Origin: Octopus sinensis
Lineage: Eukaryota
Direction of reading: 5' to 3'
DNA length: 64,000 nucleotides
NCBI RefSeq assembly: GCF_006345805.1
Contig: NC_042997.1
Coordinates: forward strand, 162,440,001-162,504,000
A program made the position numbers and the translations under genes. The notes beneath the pieces were generated by a model. It did no database searches. It was not told where the DNA came from and worked only from the letters and a program-made list of their open reading frames with translations. Positions 52,213 to 64,000 of this stretch are shown here, in pieces (within the stretch, counting starts at the first letter, position 1; the number at the start of each line of letters is the position of its first letter).

Positions 52213-54549
52213 CCATATTGATGAAATATATTAATATTTTAATCATCTTGACACAGAACTACTTTCTAGGTAACAATAATTTAGAATACAGAATAGCATT
52301 AAATATGATTAGGTCTCGAATCAGTCCTGTTTGGAAGTAGAGGTATTAGCTTTCACATGAAGCTAAAATATTTTTGAAATACCCTAATTAATGGTGGAAA
52401 TAAGGAGGGTATGCAGGAAAACGGCGTTACCCTGCTTTTTTGAGCAAATTGTCAGTAGCGTAGGCGGGATGGGGAGGTCAGGGAGGCCATCTGACCTTGG
52501 TGACTCTTTTTATGGGGATGGCATTTTTGGATCTAGTGTATAACACCATATATTTTTGCAGGCCCGGAGTTGGGGCCGATGGCAAACTCAAGGGTTGCCC
52601 CAGGCAAAGTTATAATATCTAACACTCCTCTCTTCCGAACTTTAACCTCATTGACTCTTTGTTCTTTTAATCCATTTCCCCTACTGACCCTAATGGACCT
52701 TCACACGACTAACCTTCCGGTTTACTACTTCCTGTACAATATACAATCTAAATTAGAACTCAATTAACTCTCGTTTCAATTAATTAATTGTAATGGAATA
52801 GTAGCTTCATTTTTGTGAATCTATGTCGAATATTGTAACGGATCGATAAATTTTTCGACAAAATACAATCAACAGAGAATCGATTAAAACAGTATATATT
52901 TGATATTATTAGTTCGTAGGTCACCTTTATAATCGTTTAAATCGATTGAGTACCCTAGATCAATGCAGAGCACAAATCTCTTTGTCTAAACCAAGGCTAC
53001 CTTATCCAATATGTTCTTTTTGGTTTACGATAGTTGAGTGTGATTTGAGGAAGATTTGGTTGCTATTTCTAGCAGACCTAGGAACCACGTAGAGGCTCTA
53101 TATAATGGTTTGAATCATTTAATAAGTGAGTAATCGATAGGAACTAACAAGGGGAAGAAAAGGGCTACATTAGCCCTATTACTGTTAATTAATTACATTG
53201 CTGACAAATTAGAAACATGACAATCATGTTTAAAATGTAATTGAGGGCCACTTATGGTGGTATAAGTCTCACCGCGTCGCCAAGAATGTGTACCTACATC
53301 TGTTTTATAGATTCTTTGATTGCAAAGCTATTTCTCCACATTCTTTCAGTAATTGGTTACTGAATTATAAATGGATATTTTAAGACACATTAAGTGGATG
53401 TTATCAAATGTTGAAAGGTAGTGTGTGTATGTGTGTGTGATTTAATTTACACGCGCGCGCACACGCACACACACACACTCACACACACACACACACACAC
53501 ACACTCGTATATATAGACTGCTGTCAGTCAATTCCATCTTGTTGTAGGCTCTCGCCGTTGCAGCAAGAACAGTCGAAAGATCCTCCTGTCTGAGGGCCAC
53601 AGTATCACAGATTTTGTTGCCAATTGCAGCTTTAGATCTCACTCTCTACAGAGTTTGGTGATTGCCTGAAGACTCCTGTTGCCGTCTTGCTTGAAGTCCA
53701 CAACCACAGTCCTATTTCGCTGAACCTCATTGTAGAGAATCCCGGTGACACAGAAAAGGTACATACTGAATAACACAGGTGATAGCATCACATCTCTCCC
53801 TTATCCCTATGCATACAAGAGAAAGCTTGGACATTTGTTCTCCTATCGTGAAATTGGAGTAGCATGGTAATAAATTTACTGAGGCAGCTCAACCAGAGAA
53901 CATTTAACAAGCGTTTTGTATGTGCTATCTCGAATGCTTAGGAGAGATCAACAAAGGTTTAAAAAAAAATTGCTAATGTTTTTACGGTGTAATGTCTGGA
54001 GCTGTCGGCTTTTGAAAAGCATATTGGTCGTGTGTCTGGTCTTCTAAAATCTATTCAACCATTCAAGCAGTGTTGACTAGTTGCTGCTGCTGAGTATCGG
54101 AAATAGTACCTTAACCAGCACCCTACTAGCAACAGAAAGGAACTGTAAATCACCGCTTTTACCGTAGATGACCTGATCACACTTGTCTTAAAAATGACAA
54201 CCATACTAACATCTCCCCGTTGTCACTTCTTGATGATATACTAATGAAGGCTCAGCGCTCGGGCTGGCTTGTTCTTAAAACACAATGCATTCACATGCAC
54301 ACACGTTTGCACACAAACACATACATATATGCATACATGCATCTTTCTCTCTCTTTATCTATCTATTTATCTATCTATCTGTGTGTGTGTGCGCGCGTAC
54401 AGATAAATATGACCTTTTCCATTATGTTAATAACAATGGGAATACATTATATACAGCTGAATTCGACATATTAAAAAACAGTACATATATAAAATATATA
54501 CAGTGTATATTTGAAGCTTAAGCTTCTATTAAAATTGTTTATCAGTTCC

Positions 54550-54613
<64 letters not shown>

Positions 54614-55008
54614 GTCTGTCTGTCTGTCTATCTGTCTGTCTGTCTGTCTGTATATCTATCGATCGATCTGCTTGTCTGTCTATCTTTCTATTTATCCATC
54701 TCTTTGTCTATCTACTTGTCTATCTGCTTATCTATTTGTCTGTCTATCTGGCTATTTTTTATCTGTCTGTCTATCTATTTGTCTGACTATTTGTCTAGTT
54801 GTCTGTCTGTCTATCTGTCTGCCTATCTACTGTTTATCTGCCTAACTGCTTATCTGTCTGTCTATCTGTTTATCTGTTTGATTATCTATCTATCTATCTG
54901 TCTGTCTGTCTGTAAAATTTTCTATTTGTCTATTTATCTATCTATCTGTCTATGTATATAGCTGGTTGTCTCACTCTCTCTGTCTATCTATCTATCTATC
55001 TATCTATG

Positions 55009-55048
<40 letters not shown>

Positions 55049-55050
55049 AC

Positions 55051-55086
<36 letters not shown>

Positions 55087-55095
55087 TCTATCTAT
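54550..55095. repeat. (TCTA)n/(TCTG)n array, partly degenerate
   Basis: Direct inspection. Confidence 0.95.
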
Positions 55096-55330
55096 CCCTC
55101 AACAGTTACAACTATACAGGCATGTACATTTATACAGACGTATAACCTTACGCATATTTATTACGTCTTTTTATTTATCACGTGTTTATATAAGTTTTAA
55201 ATATCTGACATTTCATTCATTATCTGCATGTATAATACTTCTATATATAATTATTATTCTCGAACATTTAGATCAACTGTAAAAGCTTTGTATTCATTAC
55301 CTGCCCTATATGTTCCTATTTTGACTTCAG

Positions 55331-55436
55331 ATGGACAAACGCCATCAACAAGGAAGCACTGACCGTCTTAAACACTGGCCTTTTCTCAACTATTTTAACC
55401 GATCCCGAAACATGCCTCCTGTCTGCCCCCCACCTG
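55331..55436 (+). CDS. Candidate upstream exon of the reflectin-motif gene (MDKRHQQGSTDRLKHWPFLNYFNRSRNMPPVCPPP)
   Basis: The acceptor TTTTGACTTCAG is immediately before the ATG. A weak donor G|GTTCGT gives phase 1, matching the phase-1 acceptor at 58462. The Pro-rich style resembles the downstream exons. Confidence 0.3.
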
Positions 55437-56039
55437 GTTCGTACAGTTATTATATGTTGTTATTGTTGTTTAATACCTTGGTCAATTCTGATACACCCAA
55501 GGTATTCCAGCCGTGACAATCCCAGTTTTTTCTCGCAGAATCATATCCACGATTTCTTCATCGTTAAGACAGAGTATTGTGATTAACTCGAAGAATATAT
55601 AGGATGATTCGATCGCCAATATATATAAATATATATGGCGATCATTTAACCTTAAAATGTCCCCTTAAAAGGAAATGTCCGTCTTATATTCTGGATATAA
55701 AATATGTACATTAATTTCTAGTGATGTACTTATGGCTGATGACAGGCTATACCATGCCTTCCTACCCATGCGTTGTCTTATAGGCCCTGCAGTTGATATA
55801 TTCACATATATAGTGTGATTTGATTACTGTGGAGGGGCGTACGATTTAACGTTTCGGGATTTGCTCTTCGTCAAAAAGTGAAAAAAAAAAGAAAATGGAA
55901 GTACATTTAACTGCTGTGTCTGGCTGGTCAAGTAACCACTTAGAGATTCTACCAATGACATGTTATTGCATCATTGTTGCTTTAGATTTTAATTTATTTA
56001 ATGTATCTATGAGATCGTCATTTCATTTTCTTTTATAAT

Positions 56040-56040
56040 T

Positions 56041-56084
<44 letters not shown>

Positions 56085-56200
56085 ACAGCAGCAGCAGCAA
56101 TAGCAGCGGTAGTAGTAGTAGCAGCAGCAGCGACAGTGGCAGTAGTAGTAGTTGTAGTAGTAGTTGCTGTTATTGCTGTTATTGTTGCCGTCGTCGTTGT
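56040..56200. repeat. (TAG)n/(CAG)n trinucleotide tract (another at about 49015-49095)
   Basis: Direct inspection. Confidence 0.9.
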
Positions 56201-56884
56201 TTAGCCCCAGGTAATCTCTGAGCAGTCTATGATCAAAAGGCATTAGCGTTATTTTTATTTATTTAATTATTTATTTATTTTTATATTTAATTATTGCAAG
56301 TATTGTGTTCTTGTACTATGTCCTTTTGTTTCTTTTTAACACTTTGAAGTGTGATCTAAAGGAGATTTGGCTGCTATATTTAACAAGTCGAACGATCACG
56401 TGGAAACTCTCATATTGACTCGTCTCTCGCTCTAAACAGAAATTTATAGTAACCATCTTTGAAGAAACTTAAATCGTATTTTACACAAGTTCATCGTAAA
56501 CTTTGTACCGAAACGTTGAAACATATGTTTATATATTCTGGATTTCACGTTGTTGTCTCTGTTGCTGTTTAGCTTCAGATCAGCCCAGCTCGGACATCTA
56601 TTTACGAATGCGTTCCAGTCATGACCATCCTGTCATCATGCTTTTATTTATATATGTTTGATTTATTTATCATTATTTTAATATATAAATATATAAAGCT
56701 CTACTTCCTTGTGTAATGTGTTCTTCATTATTTTAGAAAGTAAGGTGTGATTTAAGGGAGATTTAGTTCTTATTTCCAGCAGGCCGAGCAATGACATACA
56801 AAAACTCCCACTATGCGGGGTAACTAGAAATGTTAGAGTACCGATGATATGAGAGCTTAAGGAAGAGATCATTGCACGAGCATT

Positions 56885-57030
56885 CGCTTTTTTCCTTTTC
56901 AGCTGAGTAGGCTGGAACACCGTGAAACAAAGAGCCTTGTTCAAGTATACAACGCGTTGCTCGAGTCAAGAATCGAACTTAAGACCTTAAATTCGTGAGC
57001 CTAATACACGAACCGCTGAATCACGCGCCT
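56885..57030 (-). mobile_element. Diverged tRNA-headed SINE (family C-like head)
   Basis: The minus strand reads GGCGCGTGATTCAGCGGTTCG...TAAGTTCGATTCTTGACTCG...TATACTTGAACAAGGC. Confidence 0.55.
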
Positions 57031-57254
57031 TCATTAGAGAATTGTTAAAGTAGATAATAATTGAAGTCAGATCCTATAAATTGATTAATTAAATCCTTAT
57101 AGCAAATATTTACGAAATCATGTCATGATATGTGTGTACGCGCGTGCGCGAAAATATGTATGCGCGCGTCTTAAACGATATGGTTAAAAAGCTTCAGCTT
57201 TTCCAACTGACAACAAAGTGTTCAGTATCTGTCCGCATAGAAGCTTGCAGAGCG

Positions 57255-57381
57255 CAGTATGCATACATACATGCATACATACATGCATACATACATATAT
57301 GTGCATGCGTACGTGTGTGTATATATGAATGTTTGTCTATATGCATATTTACAAATGTATGTATATTTGCATATATATATA

Positions 57382-57427
<46 letters not shown>

Positions 57428-57441
57428 ATATATATATATAC

Positions 57442-57484
<43 letters not shown>

Positions 57485-57529
57485 TATATACATACATATA
57501 TATATATATATAATATATATATAATATAT

Positions 57530-57577
<48 letters not shown>

Positions 57578-57662
57578 TATATATATATCTATATATATAC
57601 AAGCATGTATATATATATATATGTATGTATGTATGTATATATATATGTTTGTTATATGCATG

Positions 57663-57694
<32 letters not shown>

Positions 57695-57705
57695 ATATAT
57701 ATATA
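57255..57705. repeat. (CATA)n/(TA)n microsatellite
   Basis: Direct inspection. Confidence 0.95.
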
Positions 57706-58462
57706 ATGTTTTTAATGCCCGTAGTTACTTTTTCGCCGTTTTATGAGAAATTTGGTGACCGAGATTTTCAAGAGACTTTTGTTGTATTTGGCGAAGCAAA
57801 AGATAAACCTGTGGCATGTCCAGATGTTTCACATCGGCGCTTTATTTATTGCCCTGAAAAGAAGCAGCAAAATTATCATTCTGTCCGCAAGTCTGCAATG
57901 GCTTTGTCTTATTGATGATCAATAGCAAAAGGTGGTTTATAACATGATATATCTCAGCCGACCTAACGTGTACCGTTTTGAGAAGATACTGAATGGGGTA
58001 ACTCTGTCGAAGATAAACCAAGCAATATCGGTAAACACACGGCATTTTTTTGTTGCTAAATGTGCTTCGAGAATGAATTTGTATGTCCACTGTGATGATG
58101 TTCGAAAGAGCTCATGAGCTGGTATCTAATGCAGGAGTAAATGTATAGTGAATGAGTCTATATCAAATATAAAAATCAAAGTATTGTGCTTTACTTCGAC
58201 TTAATAGCAAACTCATTCACGGCTGACTGTATTAGCACATGAGCTCTTTCCAGTTTCGCCACAAAGAAAATACAATACTTGGTTAATACAACAGTACAAA
58301 TATTGTTGTGCTACCAGCTCCGGTTAAATCCGTATAGGACTATGTCACGTGCGTAGATAAAAACATAATAACGTATTGGAATATGAAAGAAAATAACAGG
58401 TAAGAAAATGAAAAAACCGCTTACACGAAAGTATGAATTGTTGTTATTCGATATTCTTCCAG

Positions 58463-58679
58463 ACACGAGCAGCAAAGATAAGAAAGATCCTATGGGGAGA
58501 ATGCCGAGGGGAAATGTAAGACATTTTGGTCCCCCCTTTATGGGTCCGCCCATGCCAGGTGAAGGTTTTGAAGGGTTTCCACCACCACCACCTCCTTGTG
58601 CAATGAGTGCTCCTCCTCAATCGAGAAAGAAAAAAAACGCCGAGAAAGAGCGCTTGCAAGACGTGGAAGGCGAACCTAG
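58463..58679 (+). CDS. Coding exon A of a spliced reflectin-motif gene (Pro/Gly/Met-rich, basic RKKK patch)
   Basis: Acceptor ATTCTTCCAG and donor AG|GTGAAT. Open frame ...KDPMGRMPRGNVRHFGPPFMGPPMPGEGFEGFPPPPPPCAMSAPPQSRKKKNAEKERLQDVEGEPR; its phase-2 end joins exon B in frame across a 138-nt intron. Confidence 0.75.
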
Positions 58680-58817
58680 GTGAATATGACTTATCGCAAT
58701 AAATATTCTATGACAAACTTTCACAATTGATCAGAACTTCTATGCAATATTTTTTTAATGCGAAGGATGAGATGTATTTTTTTAATGGATAGTATATGTA
58801 TGGTTGTATTTTCTTAG

Positions 58818-59389
58818 ATATGAGGATAATACAGAGAAACGACCTAAAAGCCCGGCAGCGACGCAGGAACGAAAATCGGAGGCCAAAGATAAGGATGTAA
58901 GAGAACCCAGGCAAGAAAATCACCATAACAGAAATGATCCCTGTGACAAACAAAGTGATGTTGGTAGTCAACATCGAAATTCTTCTGTTTTTGACACTGA
59001 ATCAAAGTTTTCGGATTTAGAGAAGAGTAATAGATTTTACCCTTATCCAGAATTCGACAGACATGGTATGATGCCTCCATTTGATATGATGCCTATGGGT
59101 TACGGTCCTCCTGACGGCATGAGACCTCCAATGTATATGAATTATCCAGAAAAGCCTGTAGATATGTCTCGCATGACAATGGATTTCGAAGGCAACTACA
59201 TGGACAATAACGGACAATTCATGGATCCCTTAGATATGCCACAGCATAACGAAATGGATCTTCCTAGGGAGAATATGAACTTCCGTCCTCCATATATGGA
59301 CCAATTTCCTGGAGATATGGATGGTTGTGTGGGTATACCTCCCATGGAAATGAAACGTTACACTCAAAGACGGAAAGATGGGTTTGATG
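58818..59389 (+). CDS. Coding exon B of a spliced reflectin-motif gene (contains one reflectin repeat)
   Basis: Acceptor TATTTTCTTAG and a strong donor G|GTAAGT (phase 1; the gene continues downstream). Encodes YPEKPVDMSRMTMDFEGNYMDNNGQFMDP at 59134-59229. Confidence 0.82.
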
Positions 59390-59521
59390 GTAAGTAGGAA
59401 AGAAATGCATTAAACTGCATGGTGTCTCCTTAATATAACTCATGCTTGCACATATAGACACACTTTAATTGCTTGGTTTCTCCGTGGGTATGAGTAAGTA
59501 TTTCATTTATATCTCGCGTAT

Positions 59522-59582
59522 TTGCCGCTGAAGAGGGGAGAATTTCTTAGGAATTAACCCCGAAATTGGACCAATACGGTAA
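59522..59582 (+). ncRNA. Minimal type I hammerhead ribozyme (Penelope-associated type)
   Basis: Stem I TTGCCG/CGGTAA; core CTGAAGA; stem II GGGG/CCCC; GAAA; palindromic stem III ATTGG-A-CCAAT; AUA cleavage triplet. Confidence 0.75.
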
Positions 59583-59699
59583 TAACGAATTTTTTAGAGA
59601 TTTCTATCGGTTTGTTTCGAGACGCATAAATTATAATGGTTATCGACAAAATTTTTTGTTTCGGCATATTTGGCATTAGAATTTTTCTTCTGCCCTTAT

Positions 59700-60424
<725 letters not shown>

Positions 60425-60426
<2 letters not shown>

Positions 60427-60578
60427 CGGGAAGGTTTACGAAAATAAACAAAAGACGAAGGCAGGTGGAGTACAAACAAATAATGTATTAGTATGGCGCT
60501 CAGGAATAGAAATAAAACAAGTCTTTTATGTTTCGAGCCTACGCTCTTCGAAAGAAAGATACACAGAAAAGAAACTAT
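60425..60578 (-). mobile_element. 3'-end fragment of the same Penelope-like family as 23841-25222, inserted in (TA)n
   Basis: The minus strand GAAGAGCGTAGGCTCGAAACATAAAAGAC...ACCTGCCTTCGTCTTTTGTTT matches 25092-25190. Confidence 0.75.
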
Positions 60579-60658
60579 ATATATATATATATACACACAC
60601 ACACATATATACATATATATACGGAGAGAGACAGACAGATAAACAGACAGAGACCGAC

Positions 60659-60705
<47 letters not shown>

Positions 60706-60801
60706 GATTATGTCTGTTTTCAACTACATAGGCACCTAAAACAACTACCAAAAGAGTGGTACAAGCTTCCAGATTATGCTCACTTGTAGGGGAGGTCTAC
60801 G

Positions 60802-60868
<67 letters not shown>

Positions 60869-60961
60869 CATATATATATATATATACAAAGTCAAACACA
60901 CATACATGCGCTGTATGTGTGTTCGACATTATTTATATTCCTCGTAATTCACATTTCAATT

Positions 60962-60999
<38 letters not shown>

Positions 61000-61229
61000 T
61001 GTGTGTGTGTACATACATATGCTAAAGTAACAAATTAAAGAAAGAAATTTCTTCAAAGGGGTGTGTAAAACATCCAAATTCACTGGTACATCAGTTGAGT
61101 ACCACAGAAATGCAAGTTACAAACAATTGAATAGAGAGATTCAATTGACAATCTAATAATTTATTTATAATTCCGCAAAGAAAAATTATATAAGTTATAT
61201 AAATGATAATATAGTATCATATTAATATA

Positions 61230-61746
61230 ATGGTAACAACCGCAGGCTGATATACTCATATGCACAAATATAGTAAATTTTTCAATCATAAAGTTTATAC
61301 AATATTCGTATGCCTATTTGCGATATAGGTCGCTTTTCCATTACGACTTAAAATGGTCAGACCCAAACAGAAATCGTTTATTTTCACTATAAAACACATA
61401 TTGCTAGGTTCATACCACCCCTTAAGACCCAACTACAGTCTAGCTGAAAAATATAGTGTACCTCATAAGTAATATAAACGTTCTAAATTCAGTGGGGGCG
61501 TTAATGAAGATGTTACGCGTTAATTTAATGTGTTAAACTTATATTTATTAATGTATATCGAATTATACATAGATATATTAAAGATTTACACAGATATAAG
61601 AGTTAGAACTTGTGATCCACCCGCAGACATTTTTCTTAGGAAATTTTTGCCCGCCGCAACTAAAAAGTTTCCCCACCTCTGGTTTAGAGCAGCTAACAAA
61701 AAACTGTTCTTTATTTACGTAATTTATAGAGTTAAGTTATAATAAT

Positions 61747-61798
<52 letters not shown>

Positions 61799-62034
61799 TA
61801 TATATCAATAACAATATAGGGTGAAGTCAATTAATTTGGAATAATCATTATTTCACCAAGTAGATTTCGGCATGTAAAAGCCGCATTCAAGGAAGTTTAA
61901 GTAATACTAAGTAATTATGGCTATTCTTTCTACTTTTAAGTAGAAAGAATAGCCATAACTCTTTGACTGCTATTTCTAAATTCGGTGTGTGGTGAGGCAA
62001 ATTGTTGCTAAACCCTTAATTACTTAGTATTACT
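61230..62034 (-). mobile_element. Decayed Penelope-like remnant or remnants with fold-back end
   Basis: Minus-strand remnant VVMEKRPISQIGIRILYKLYD*KIYYI resembles the PLE C-terminus. (TA)n boundaries; palindrome at 61915-61958. Confidence 0.4.
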
Positions 62035-62054
62035 ATATATATATATATATATAT

Positions 62055-62141
<87 letters not shown>

Positions 62142-62564
62142 TGTGTGTGTGTGTGTGTAGTCAATTCAAATAAACGAGTAAAATTAACGGAAAACAAGAG
62201 GATGTGCACAAGAAATATAACTTGATACTCGGTGAAAAGAGAGAAAGGAAAAAGTCGAAAGAAGGAAAAGAAATCGCCAACTGCACGTGTATAATTACAT
62301 TGTTGATGTATATGTGTGTCTGTTTATATAGGTATATACTTGTGCATATGCACACTCACATGTGCACAAATTTCTCCTTGTTACAATTTTGTTTAGCCAT
62401 ATCAGTCATCTGAAAAGGCGTGAGTTTGCAGAAACTCGAGCATAATTATTATTACTAAACTTGTTAACTTAAATATTCTTTTCTGCTAGTACTGAGTACT
62501 TTTTCACTCACTCGTTCTTCTATTTAAACGACCTGTGTGCATGTATGGGTTTCTGGGTGTGATT

Positions 62565-62586
62565 TAATAATAACAATAATAATAAT

Positions 62587-62641
<55 letters not shown>

Positions 62642-62740
62642 GAATTAAATATTTCAGTGTCACTTTGATGGCATGCACTGCTCTCTCACTCAATAATAAT
62701 AATAATGATAATAATGATGATAATAACAATAATAATGATG

Positions 62741-62795
<55 letters not shown>

Positions 62796-62810
62796 TGATC
62801 ATGATCATGA
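62565..62810. repeat. (AAT)n/(GAT)n microsatellite
   Basis: Direct inspection. Confidence 0.95.
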
Positions 62811-62967
62811 TGTATTACATTACAATAATATATTTTAACTGCACACTACATATTTTATAAATATGACCTCAGTTCCGCTGTGTCAGTAGTAAATCGGATG
62901 AAACAGACATTCACGATGAACTGATAATAGCTGAAGAAACTAGTCGTATTGTAATTTACAACGCTTA

Positions 62968-63160
62968 GAGGAGGCGAGCTAGTAGAATCAATTAGCCCGC
63001 CGGGCAAAATGCTTTGTTATTTCTTCCAGCTTTACATTCTGAGTTCAAATTCCGCTCAGGTTGACTTTGCTTTTCATCCCTTCGGAGTTGAAATAAATAC
63101 CATTGAGCACTGGGGGTTGATGTAATCGACTTGCCCCTCAGCCAAAATTTCAGGCCTTGT
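62968..63160 (+). mobile_element. Octopus SINE family B
   Basis: GAGGCGAGCTAGTAGAATC...TTCTGAGTTCAAATTCCG...GATGTAATCGACTTG. Confidence 0.8.
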
Positions 63161-63229
63161 TAAAGATTATTAATACGCATATACATTTATGTACAAGCGT
63201 AACCACAAACATTGTGCCTCATGTAATTT

Positions 63230-63234
63230 TTGTA

Positions 63235-63317
<83 letters not shown>

Positions 63318-63408
63318 TTATATATATATATATAGATATATATATATATATATATACATATGTATGTATATGCATATACATACATATATATATAATATAT
63401 ATATATTA

Positions 63409-63458
<50 letters not shown>

Positions 63459-63574
63459 GTATATATATATATATATATATGTATACATACATATATATAT
63501 ATATATTATATATATATATATGTATATAATATATATATATATATATAATATATATATATATGTATATATATATA

Positions 63575-63618
<44 letters not shown>

Positions 63619-63750
63619 ATATATATATATATATATATAAATGTATGAATATGTATGTATTATGCTATTATGCACGTGCAAATTTATGTATATAATTTAT
63701 GCATATAATAATATGTAATAATATATATATATAATATATATATATATATT
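63230..63750. repeat. (TA)n microsatellite
   Basis: Direct inspection. Confidence 0.95.
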
Positions 63751-63768
63751 ACCATGCATGTGTATATA

Positions 63769-64000
63769 CATGGGTTGGACAAAATAATGGAAACACCTAG
63801 CATCATAGCATCATAATTTTGAAATATCTATAAAAGCGTCAAAAGCTTGTTTATTTTTATGTTTCTTGATTTATTATTAGTGTTGTTTAATATGTTTTGC
63901 TAAAATTGCTGCTTCTTTTCAGATATCATCAAAAAAAGGTAATTAAAATTCATTAAAATATCAGATCTACCGGACTTTCAAAGAGGTCAAATTGTTGGTG
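63769..64000 (+). mobile_element. 5' end of a Tc1-like transposon (runs off the window)
   Basis: TA followed by CATGGGTTGGACAAAATAATGGAAACACC (Tc1-type TIR); transposase start SDLPDFQRGQIVG. Confidence 0.8.

Noticed and set aside
52450-52610. hAT-like terminal sequences (CAGTAGCGTAGG, CAGGCCCGG)
   Set aside because: No matching opposite termini or 8-bp TSD were found.
59390-59397. Stop codon ending the 197-aa ORF
   Set aside because: It lies within a consensus GTAAGT donor and is most likely intronic; the ORF's TTG start is likewise inside the upstream acceptor.

Overview
AT-rich, microsatellite-dense eukaryotic DNA, almost certainly from an octopus (reflectin gene, octopus-type tRNA-derived SINEs). 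At the left end is one complete reflectin coding exon (minus strand, 90-1187). About 57 kb away, on the plus strand and pointing away from it, are exons of a spliced Pro/Met/charged low-complexity gene (58463-58679 and 58818-59389, possibly also 55331-55436). That gene carries one embedded reflectin-type motif (YMNYPEKPVDMSRMTMDFEGNYMDNNGQFMDP) and is the most interesting item in the window. The interval between is mostly mobile DNA: a CR1-type LINE with an open RT frame, a Tx1/L1 LINE embedded in (TCTA/TCTG)n, Penelope-like remnants inserted in (TA)n, Tc1 (DD34E), maT (DD37D) and mariner transposons, and many SINEs. Also present are a retroposed mature tRNA-Lys (encoded CCA, 15-bp TSD), a complete minimal type I hammerhead ribozyme fold in the intron of the reflectin-motif gene, and several fold-back or inverted duplications. 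All calls were made by eye; no database searches were run, and repeat boundaries are approximate unless TIRs or TSDs are quoted.
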